Positions 53,799 to 64,000 of a stretch of DNA of 64,000 nucleotides are shown piece by piece. Below the pieces are notes generated by a model. That model worked only from the letters and a program-made list of their open reading frames with translations. It made no database searches and was not told the origin of the DNA. This DNA comes from Octopus vulgaris (Eukaryota). The DNA lies in NCBI GenBank assembly GCA_951406725.2, contig OX597822.1, positions 92,008,001 to 92,072,000 of the forward strand. The letters run 5' to 3'. The translations under genes were made by a program, and so were the position numbers. Numbering within the stretch: the first letter of the stretch is position 1; each line of letters starts with the position of its first letter.

Positions 53799-54502
53799 AA
53801 AAAAGCTGTACAGTTAAAATATAACAATGTGAAGGGTAAATTAAAAAAATGTGAGGAGTGAAATGGGATCAGTACAAAAGGTTGTGTAAACGTTTGAGGG
53901 AATATAGCAAATTGAATTAACTTAAAAATGTCAGCGACAAGTCGTCGGGAAAAACGTCAAACCTTCAGTGAGATCCTTGGGCTTGCTTTTTATCCACAAG
54001 CTGAAAAATCCTTGGCTCATTTTGGCTCAAGTGAATTCTCAAATCAGCATTGTTATCGAGGTTCAAACGCTTCCGCTACTTCATGAACAAGTGGATGACA
54101 AGGGAAAATCCCTTTTCAGCCAAGTAGGATGTCGAGAGATTTATGATAAAAGGCTTGACCTGTTCAAACAGCTTTGGATATTTGTGAGAATAATTCAACC
54201 AAGCCTCAACCCAGTTGTTTTCAGACAGTTTGTGCAGATTATCATCTACCGTTGCCTCACAAGTATATCGTTCATTGTGTGAAGAGAGACCACAAAAATT
54301 GAGATATTTAAAGCCAAAAGATCTTCAAAGCTAATATTGAAGTTTACGTGAAGGAAAGATAGATGCCCGATTACATATTTGTGCAAGTTGTTATCTACCA
54401 CATCCAATTAGCTTAGTAAAATCTGGACAGAGAAACAGGAAGATTTCTTAAAGTTAGTTATTCTATAGGAGAATAACAAAACCATATAATGTGTATTTTT
54501 TC

Positions 54503-55700
54503 AGGCAATAACAGAGGAATTCAAGACGGGTTGTCCCTGGGAGCTCCTCTATGCTGATGAACTGGCCCTCAGCAGAATCACTACCAGAACTAGAAAAGAA
54601 ATTTCGGGTGTGGAAGCTAGGTTTAGAATCAAAAGGCCTTAGAGTCAATGTAGCAAAGACCAAAGTATAGTAAGTAGGAAGGTAAACTCATCACACACAC
54701 CCTCAGGTAGGTGGCCCTGCTCGATCTGTAGAAAAGGTGTAGGTAGAAACTCCATAAGATGTACCCAGTGTAAGCTATGGATGCATTAGAGGTGCAGCAA
54801 CATCAAAGGAAAATTAACCGAGAACTTAGCTTTCGTGTGCCGCAGACACTCAGAAAACAGATTCCATCCCACTCCAGGGGGAGAAACTAGAAGCTGGATG
54901 TGTAATGTTAGTGTGCACACACGACAGAGTGTAAGCGCCCTGAGAGAAATGCTGGACATAAGAAGCATTGGATGTGGTGTGCAAGAGAGACGTTTGCGCT
55001 GGCATGGTCATGTACTACGGATGGATGAGGAAAGATGTGTGAAGAAGTGCCACTCCCAAACAGTTGAAGGAATTCGGGGTAGAGGTAGACCCAGGAAGAC
55101 ATGGGATGAGGTGGTCAAGCATGACCATCAAACGTTGGGCCTCACAGAGGCAATGACAAAAGACTGAGACCTCTGGAGATATGCTGTGACTGCGAAGAAC
55201 CAACAAATAACATGAGTTCATGGCTGTTTCCTGCACCAGCTTCACATAGCAGCCCCAGCCCATCCAAAGTGCCTTGGATCGCAGGACGGCCTTCTGTGCT
55301 TACCTTGTATCGTAGGGCGACCTATTGAGTCAAGTACATCAACATGAAATAAAAATCAAATGGAAATTGTAATTGTGATACCTGTGCCGGTGGCACGTAA
55401 AAAGCACCCTCCAAACATGGCCGATGCCAGCGCCGCCTTTACTGGCTTCCGTGCCAGTGGAACGTAAAAAGCACCAACCGATCGTGGCCATTGCCAGCCT
55501 CCCCTGGCACCTGTGCCAGTGGCACGTAAAAACACCCACTACACTCATGGAGTGATTGACGTTAGGAAGGGCATCCAGCTGTAGAAACACTGGCAAATCA
55601 GACTGGAGCCTGGTGCAGCCTCCTGGCTTCCCAGACCCTGGTCGGACCGTCCAACCCATGCTAACATGGAAAACAGACGTTAAGTGATGATGATAATGAT
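54503..55700 (+). mobile_element. RTE LINE 3' part with internal deletion
   Basis: GCPWELLYADE, RLRWHGHVLRMDE, GRGRPRKTW, UTR and (GAT)n. Confidence 0.88.
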
Positions 55701-57267
55701 GTGTATGTGATGGAGATTGGGGGAGTCAGCATTATGTATGGCTGGCACCATAGAACTGGATGTAGAAAGTTGTCTCAAAATTAAGGCCAGAACTGAAAAT
55801 AAAAAAAATTTTCTATCAGTAATAGAACAGTCAGATCACTTTTCATTTTAATTTTTTACTTTATGTTCAATAGTTATAGAAAATGTAGGAAAAACTCAAT
55901 GGTTTTTATTTGTAAAACTGAATATTAAAATGTATTTTCCTTTCTGAAATGTCTTTTCAACTTGAAAAGAAATATCAATAATAGCATCTCATATGTCATT
56001 ATTTTATATCAAGTTGGACAAGTTCCAATACTATTGATGTTTTTTGATGAAGCATAAGACCAGTGGTAGAGAGAGAGGGAGAGAGAATACTTCTTCCTTT
56101 CCAGAGGGAGGTAATGACCTGACTAATTTGAAATTGAATTCAAAACTGCAACATTTGAAGATGATGCAATATTAATTGATATAGCAGCTGATGCAGTAAA
56201 GTACATCGGCTCTTGGTATCTTTTCAAAAAGCACAAGGACAGTGTTTCAGTTATTCAGTCTGAAATATCTTCAGCACAACCTCATTGATGGTGACTTTCT
56301 CTGCTTTGAGAGTTAGATACATACAAAATATCAGTAAAATTTGATGTCCCACTTAGACTAAATATAATTCTATTCAAATCAAAACATCTGTAATTTTATT
56401 ATAAAGAGAATATATTAATTGGATTCCACATATAGATCTTCCACTGATACTGTTGTCTTTGTCTTTAACGTACAGAAAGCACATGATTAAAAATGTTAAA
56501 ATAGTGTATTTGACACTATCAGAAAGTTTTTGTTATTCAAATAACCCATTCACATTGTGTTATCTTTTTCTTTTGTTCTAGTGTTGAGTGTGTTTTTTTA
56601 GTGTCTCCCCCTTTTGTAAGCATATTACTAATAAACTACACGACTTGTGCATTGAAATTAATTTTGAAAATAATCAAGAAGTGATTTTGCAAGCTGCCTA
56701 CACTTCCAATTGCAGATGTCCAGTGGAATTGGGCTCATGACTATGTTTACCTTGTGGTTTTCAGTGTGTGGCTTAACCAGTAGACATGTTTTGAGCAAGA
56801 ATCAACCAACAGAGGCATCTTTTAAGCAAGGGAATATACTGAATACTGTATGCAAGTAATTCTTAATTGAAATTTCCCTCTTGACTGGAGAAAGAAAGCA
56901 GAAATGTATCGGCAGTTGTTAACAGCTCTCAAAAAAAGAGGGTAGTGTCATGTATTGAGCTCCTAACAAATGTTGTACATTTGTTTAAATAATTAAAGAC
57001 TGCCAGTCACATGGCATGCACGAGTTTAATGAACTTGTCTTTTTTTTTAATATATTGCAATTAAAATAAATGGGGACACATAATTGATGCCATTGCTATA
57101 GGATCATGGTTGGTGGTGTTATCCCTTTTCATACATTCTGCTGTTGGTTGTTCTTCTGCTATGGCAAGATAGAAATATGCAGTTCTCTGCTATTTGATCC
57201 TTGTTCCTATACCTGTGCTTATGAAATAAGCAAATTGCAAAATTTGACAGGTAGATAATTTCAATAT

Positions 57268-57519
57268 ATTCTTTTATTCTTTTACTTGTTCCAGTCATTT
57301 GACTGTGGCTATGCTGGAGCACTATCTTAAAGGATTTTAGTTGAAGAAATTGATCCCAGGACTTATTCTTTGTAAGCCTGGTAATTATTCTATTGGTCTT
57401 TTTTGCTAAACTGCTAAGTTACGGGGGGATATAAACACACCAACATCAGTTGTGAAGCGATGATGGTGGGGAGACAAACACAGATCAAACACACACACAC
57501 ACATAAATATCTACATACA

Positions 57520-57555
<36 letters not shown>

Positions 57556-57715
57556 TATGATGGGCTTCTTTCAGTTTCTGTCTACCAAATGCACCCCTGA
57601 GGCTTTGGTCAGTCCAAGGCTATAGTAGAAGACACTTGCCCAAGGTGCCACATAGTGGAACTGAACCCAGAACCATGTGGTTGGTAAGCGAGCTTCTTAC
57701 CACACAGTCCTGCCT
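57268..57715 (-). mobile_element. tRNA-derived SINE (same family as 1271-1670)
   Basis: Near-complete copy with internal (TACA)n. Confidence 0.85.
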
Positions 57716-58514
57716 ATTAATTTACACATATAAAGGAAAAGAGATGGATTTTTGTTTGCAGACAATAGACAATTATGGAAGTGCTTCAATCTGTTTGTAA
57801 AACTACATCAGCATAGTACAGTAATCTCAAACTGACTTGGCCAGATGATAAAGTTTTTACATATATAGAAAAAGTGTTACAAATAAAATTATAAACAATT
57901 TGGGTGTCATGTTTGGATATAATTCTGATCCACTCATAGCTGTCTACATCTGTCATACTCTTAAGTATGTACAGTCTGTGGTGATTAGTTGCAAAATTAG
58001 ATCCAGTTTACTGCAGAGTATTTATTGTATTTTTGAACAAGGACTTTATTCTGGTTATTTTAGTTCACTTACTATCTGGAACAGGCATTAAGGTTAGGAA
58101 AAGCTCATTAGAACTGATCAGTTATTAAGTGATACCTCACTAGCCTTAAAAAAGGTAACATTGCTTATTACATTTTTACATAAATATTTATTCTTTTGCA
58201 CACTAGTTGTGCTTAGTAAGGTTATTAACATTTTTATTTTGTTATTTCAATAATTAGATAATTACTAAAGGATTTGGTTATAATTTTGCAGCATTAAATC
58301 ATGTTAACTACAAGGTCTAGTTGTAGATATACTCTTGTATAAAGGGATGTATTATAAATTTGCTAGTTTCATTAAGAACCTCTGAGCAAGCTTCAGGCTG
58401 AAGTGTTACATACCTATGTTGTTTGAAAAATTAATTGACAAAAGGCATATATTTCATAGTCAAACAACATATTACATATATATCTATACCTGTGTGTGTG
58501 TGTGTGTGTGTATT

Positions 58515-59802
58515 TTATAAAGTTGTCTGGAAAGTTCTGAGCATTTTTTAATATGCAAAAAGGGATATAAGTTATTGACCTTTCAATAAATTTAATTCAA
58601 TGAAATAATTTCCATTATTATTAATGACCTTTGCCCATCTATCAGACAATTTAAATATCCATCAGCATAAAATTTGACTAGTTTTGAAGAAAAAAGTTAT
58701 CTAGTTACATTTTGACTCCATCTAAATCCTTAAATGTTTTTCTTTGCAACGCGTTCTGTAGAGACAAAAACAAGTGGTAGTCAGATGGTGCAATATCAGG
58801 AGAATATGGTGGATGGGGTAAGAGATCCCAGCGAGGTTCATGTAACTTTGTTTGGTTAGCCAAAGACACATATGGTTGGGTATTGTCTTGGAACACTATC
58901 CCTTTCCTGTTGGCAATCTCTGGCCTCAATTCTTTGATTTTTTTTGGTTCAAATTATCCAGCTGGTGACAGTGCACATCAGAATTAATGATCTGATTTTG
59001 TGGGAGAATCTCATAATAAATAATGCCTTTATGATCCCACCAAACACAAAGCATAACTTTTTTGGCATGCATATTCATCTTTGGTTGCTGTTTTGGAGGA
59101 CCCTTACTTAAACTCCAGGATCTTTTTCACACTACATTTTCGTACACAATCCATTTTCCATCTCCAGTCACAAGTTGTATCAAAAGAAGATATGCTTTCA
59201 TTCTGTTTCAAAAGCATATCACAAATGGAATACCAGTCCAAGCAATTCTTTTCTGAGAGTTTGTGAGGGACCCATACATTATAGTGAGAAATGCATCCTA
59301 GCTTCACTAGGTGTTCATGAGCTGTACTTTTAGAAACTTCCAATTCCTCTGCAAGTTCTCTAGTTGTGATATTTGAGTTTTCTTTGATTTTTGCCTTCAA
59401 AACATCTTCATCCAGCTTTGAAGGTCTTCCACTGTGACTGTTATCTTCCAAGCTAAACTATGCAGCTTTAAATTTTGCAAACCACCTTTGAACAGTTGAT
59501 TCACCTAAGCATCATCACCATAAGCTTCACAAATGTTTTTGCAAGTCTTTGCAGTATTTTCTCTTTTTTTAGAAAAGCAAAGCATTATAACGCAAATATG
59601 AAATTTTTGGTTATCCATTTCAAATGTCAATAAAGGATAACCGGGATGAAAGATAAATCTATTTTTAGTCAGGAACGAAGAAGATATGCACTACTACTTG
59701 AAGCAACGCCATAGTTTTAACTGTGTTACATTTCAAATGTGTTCAGTGAAGCATTAAAAGATTTAGCTTAAAAACATGCATAACTTTCTGGAGAACCTAA
59801 CA
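58515..59802 (-). mobile_element. Full-length defective mariner (DD34D)
   Basis: SGRPSKLDED, WVPHKL, FQDNTQP, HPPYSPDIAPSDYHLF; imperfect TIRs; about 1.29 kb. Confidence 0.9.
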
Positions 59803-60513
59803 TATATCTATAAATAATTATTTGAGTGAGGAAAAGAGAAGTCACATCAATGTTATGAAATGAATATTGTTGATTCCATACCTTATTTAAAGTTATGCAA
59901 TATATGCAAAACCATCATGTTCATTCACTTCCTAAGACATTCTGAGTTGAAACATAATCAATTTATGAAATAAATCTGCAAACAGGTTATATAACTTCAT
60001 TGATATGTCAATAACATGCAAATAGACCAAATGTATATACTCTATTATCAACAAATTATTCTCAGACAAGAGAATAAAGGAAATAAATAAATGAAAAAAT
60101 ACCAATATGAGAGAGAGAGAGAGAGATTTTGATATCTTTTCTTTTTATTTATTATTGAGATGTTTTCATTTCGCTCCAGGTTCATTTGAAGATAGCACAT
60201 TCCAAAGATTTTCTTATACTTTAAAAAAAAAAAAATTCAATTGGCCGTTTCTCTATTAAAAGTGAATTGTTTTCTATCTTTCTTGTAGTTTCTGAGATGT
60301 ATTTCACCAAATACCTTGACAATTTTCTCATTTTCTCATCACTAAGTAACTGTTTTCAACATGTGAAGAATATTGTATTGCTGCTCACAAACATTCACAT
60401 ATATACACTTTCACACAGACCCAGGTATTATTCTTAGTATCAATTTGGTGAAATGTTGCCAACATATTCATTTATAAGTCAATGGAGATGAAATATCTTT
60501 TTCTATTGTACAG

Positions 60514-60675
60514 CACTCTTTTCAAGAAGGAGATGGAGCCCCACTATGGAACGGAGAGTTTTGCAGTCATATCTTACACTTCCTCCCCATCGCCATTTAG
60601 AACCCAATCGATATGGAAATCTGGTGGCTACAGTTGTTCCTATCCAGCGGAATAAGGCCACAAATTCATCAACAG
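60514..60675 (+). CDS. Internal exon of the unidentified gene (phase 1/1)
   Basis: ctttttctattgtacAG|...|GTGAAT, 162 nt. The only open frame, (A)LFSRRRWSPTMERRVLQSYLTLPPHRHLEPNRYGNLVATVVPIQRNKATNSST, is the one that joins exon 33068-33197. Confidence 0.65.
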
Positions 60676-60994
60676 GTGAATTCCATAACCTCCATTCTAC
60701 ATGCACAAACATTTAAGCAGTCATGCTAGTTTCTTTTTCTATCTTGTGCTAAGTGTCTTTATTTTGTGTCTTATTGTGTTTTTGTGGAATTCAGTTTATT
60801 TTAGGTGTTGTTTAATTCCTTACCATCCAAATGTCAATGCTTATCCTTTCAATATGTAAGTTGCTTCATGAATGTAAAGAAAATTTATTCAAATATTCCT
60901 TTTGTTTTTATATATACAAATATGCATACATACACACATGCACGTGTGTATGTGTATTTCTTGTACATATCCAAAGAGGAGATCATTCTGTGAA

Positions 60995-61027
<33 letters not shown>

Positions 61028-61149
61028 GATTATGATTATATATATATATATATATTATATATATATATATATAAATGTATGTGTGTATGTATGTATATGT
61101 ATCTATATGTATGTATGTATATGTATATATGCATGTATATGTATGTATG

Positions 61150-61637
61150 AAATCAAAATCGTTGACGTGGCCGATGACAGTACCGTGCCAGTGGAACGTT
61201 AAAAGCACATCTGAGCATGATCGTTGCCAACACCATGGACTGGCTCCCATGCTGGTGGCACATAAAAAGCACCATTCGAGCGTGTTCGTTGCCAGAATCA
61301 CCTTAATGGCACATGTGCCAGTGGCACATGTAAAGCAACATTTGAATGTGGTCATTGCCAGTGCTGCCAGACTGGTTCCTATGCAGGAAGCTCGTGAAAC
61401 AACACCTTTTGAGTGTGGTCGTTACCAGAACCGCCTGATGGGCCCACATGCTACTAGCGTGTAAAAGCACCCACTACACTCTTGGAGTGGTTGGCGTTAG
61501 GAAGGGCATCCAGCTGTAGAAACTTTGCCAGATCAAATTGAGCCTGGTGCAGCCTTCTGGCTCACCAGTCCTCAGTCAAACCATCCAACCCATGCCAGCA
61601 TGGAAAGCAGATGTTAAACGATGATGATGATGATGAT
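61150..61637 (+). mobile_element. RTE 3' UTR fragment
   Basis: Internal repeats and (GAT)n tail. Confidence 0.8.
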
Positions 61638-61779
61638 ATATACTTATATATATGTATAAAGATCCTGCAAATGGACAGAGATTTAGAGACATATTACTCA
61701 AAGCCTAGAAGGGGATATAGCTTCACACAATGTAGAAGACAACTGGAGGTTTCAACGGGACAACCTGCTGAGGGCCACT

Positions 61780-62760
61780 GACCAGATGTCTGGATGGTGC
61801 AAAGTCCCTTCTCGACCCAAAATAACATGGTGGTGGAACAATGTAGTTGACAGGGCTATTAGAGAAAAGAAGCAGATTTGGAAGGACTGGAAGAACGGTG
61901 GTAGCAGGGAATTGTATCAGACTGCCAGAGGGGAAGCAGATAAGAAATAATATGCCAATGTTCTGCGCCATGAGGATCAAAGACTTGAAGTATTTCTTGT
62001 TGCAAGACAGTGTGTGAGAGAGAATCGTGATGTGGTAGGAGAGAAATGTATCCATATGGATGATGGTTCACTTGCACTAAATGAGGCTGCCAAGAGAGAG
62101 GTTTGGAGACGCCACCATGAAAGGTTGCTCAGTAAAGAGAATGAATGGGAGAAAGAGTTTGCCGAATGTCGACCCAACAGAGGGACCAGCTATCCGAATT
62201 GACGGTACCTTGGTAGTTAAAGCAATCAAGAGTATGAAGGCAGGGAAAGCCCCCGGCCCATCAGGAATCACTGCAGAGATGCACAAAATATCTGGCAGTG
62301 TCGGCTATAGCCTAGTCACCTGTATAGTTAACCAGGTGATACACGAAGGAGTCATACCCAATGACTGGTGTAGAAGTATAATAGTCAACTGCTACAAAGA
62401 TGACGCTCTAGATACAAATAATTACAGAGGTATCAAATTGCTGGATCAAGTAATGAAGGTCATGGAGAGGGTCATAGCCCAACTAATTAGAAAGAGTTAG
62501 TTTAGATGAGATGCAGTTTGGGTTCGTGCCAGGGAAAAGCACCACTGATGCTATATTCCTGGTAAGACAGCTGCAGGAGAAATACCTAGCCAAAGATAAA
62601 CCTCTGTACCTGGCTTTCGTTGACATGGAGAAAGCCTTTGACAGGGTCAACGAGTACAGTGAAGAATTCCGGGTAGAGGTAGGGGTCCACCAGGGTTCAA
62701 TCCTCAGCCCCCTCCTATTTATCATAGTCCTTCAGGCAATAACGGAGGAATTCAAGACAG
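61780..62760 (+). mobile_element. RTE LINE internal fragment
   Basis: KAPGPSGI, NYRGIKLL, QFGFVPGKSTTDAIF, FVDMEKAFDRV, GVHQGSILSPLLF; internal deletion. Confidence 0.9.
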
Positions 62761-64000
62761 GATTGCTGACTTGAAAATGCCCTAGGGGTGGAGTGAAAAT
62801 ACTCTTGAATTGCTCATTTAGTATTTCACTTATCCTCATTGGATTTCCTGTGAGTGTGCCATCCTTTTCGAGGAGTGGCCCTATCCTACAGTGCACCGTA
62901 GCTGTTTCTTTGGCATACCTGTAGAAAGCTCTGGGGTTAGATTTTATGTTGTCTATAGCCCAGGCTCCTTTGTCTGCTCTTTCTTTTTCATGGGAGAGTT
63001 GCAGACATTTTTCAATTTCCAACAGTTTTATTTTCAGGCGGGACTTTTCACTGCTTTCAATTTGTTTGTTTAGGTGATTTGAAACTTTTGTACGCCGTCT
63101 CATTAGAATTTTCCTCTCTCTGGGGATTTTGTTCTTGTGTACAGTGGCCTTTCTCTCTGGGACACATTTGTAGCATATGGCTTGCATTACAGACATGAAT
63201 TGTTGAAGTTTCATGTCGATGTCTGGCGAGGAGAGACGTTCAGGCCAGTTTTGTTTGAGGATCTCTTTCTCAATTTGTTTCCAGTTTGCCTTATGGAAGT
63301 TCAAGCTGGACAGATTCTGAGAGTTTCTTGTAGACTGCATGTCCATGCTTTCCTTTGGCCTGTACATGGTCAGCTCTACCATGTTGTGATCCGAGAGTAG
63401 TGTCGGTGTCACTTTCACATTATGGATGAGATCCATATTATTTGTGAAGCAGAGATCCAGTATGTTACCTGCCCTGGTTGGTTGGAGTATTATTTGCTCC
63501 ATGTACAGAGTGTTGATGAGGTTCAGGAGGGACCTCGCCTGTCCTCGTTCGCATCGTGTTATTCCTGGGAGAGAAAGGCCCTTGGGCCATCTGACATTGG
63601 GCTGATTGAAGTCTCCCATAAGAAGTACACTTATGTGTTGTTCTAATGTAACTAGAACGTCTTCAATTTTTATAAGGCAGTCTTCAAACTTGCCTACATG
63701 GCTTGGAGCATCTGGAGGGCGATATGCAGCACATATAACTACACCAAGTTGCCTTAAATGTACAATTAGTGTGTCACACACTGAATTTGAGTATGACAAA
63801 AGGACCTGTGGTGTGAGGTCCTCTCGGATGTACATAGCAACTCCTCCATGAGTCCTTTCTTTTCTGTCAGTCTGTAGTACAACATTATGTGGTATGTGTA
63901 TTTCCGCATCTACTATGTCCGGTTTCAGGTGTGTTTCCGTAAGTACTATGCATAAGGCTTGATTGCATGCAACAAGGTCTCTTAAGAAAGGGATTTTTGT
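62761..64000 (-). mobile_element. CR1/jockey-group LINE ORF2, AP-endonuclease region, open to the window edge
   Basis: LTETHL, DRKERTHGGVAMY, YRPP, MGDFN, PTRAGNILDLCFTN, SDHN; uninterrupted for more than 400 codons, cut off before the RT. Confidence 0.92.

Larger units (their letters stand above)
52959..54290 (-). mobile_element. hAT (Charlie/Buster) 3' fragment, interrupted by the hammerhead SINE pair
   Basis: TIR CAGGGGTTCCCAACC; minus strand STSYLAEKGFS...RLNLDNNADLRIHLS..EPRI..L...QAQGSH*. Confidence 0.8.

Noticed and set aside
60503-60712. Minus-strand 69-aa ORF
   Set aside because: Antisense shadow of the + strand exon 60514-60675, which has the splice signals.

Overview
AT-rich, microsatellite- and transposon-dense animal DNA. 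The SINE, RTE and (TA)n landscape suggests an octopus or other cephalopod genome (inference). Host genes: (1) the last five coding exons of a polypeptide GalNAc-transferase, GALNT11-like (+, 3345-11421; end of catalytic domain plus ricin lectin); (2) an unidentified + strand gene with an ETS/YY1-type promoter, first coding exon at 33068-33197 and a phase-compatible exon at 60514-60675. The rest is mostly mobile DNA: Tigger, Tc1/mariner, hAT, piggyBac- and Merlin-like MITEs, an internally deleted Helitron with 23-aa STPR-like repeats, a Gypsy relic carrying a DNAJC25-like fragment, RTE and CR1-group LINEs, Penelope fragments and tRNA SINEs. The most notable signal is a small non-coding retroelement made of a tRNA-derived Pol III head, an (AAT)n linker and a minimal type I hammerhead ribozyme tail. 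It occurs at two independent loci (6388-7756 and 53294-53798), each time as a head-to-head inverted pair inside one 12-14 bp target-site duplication. This points to a Penelope-driven ribozyme SINE that inserts two templates per event. All family assignments come from motif recognition, not database searches.
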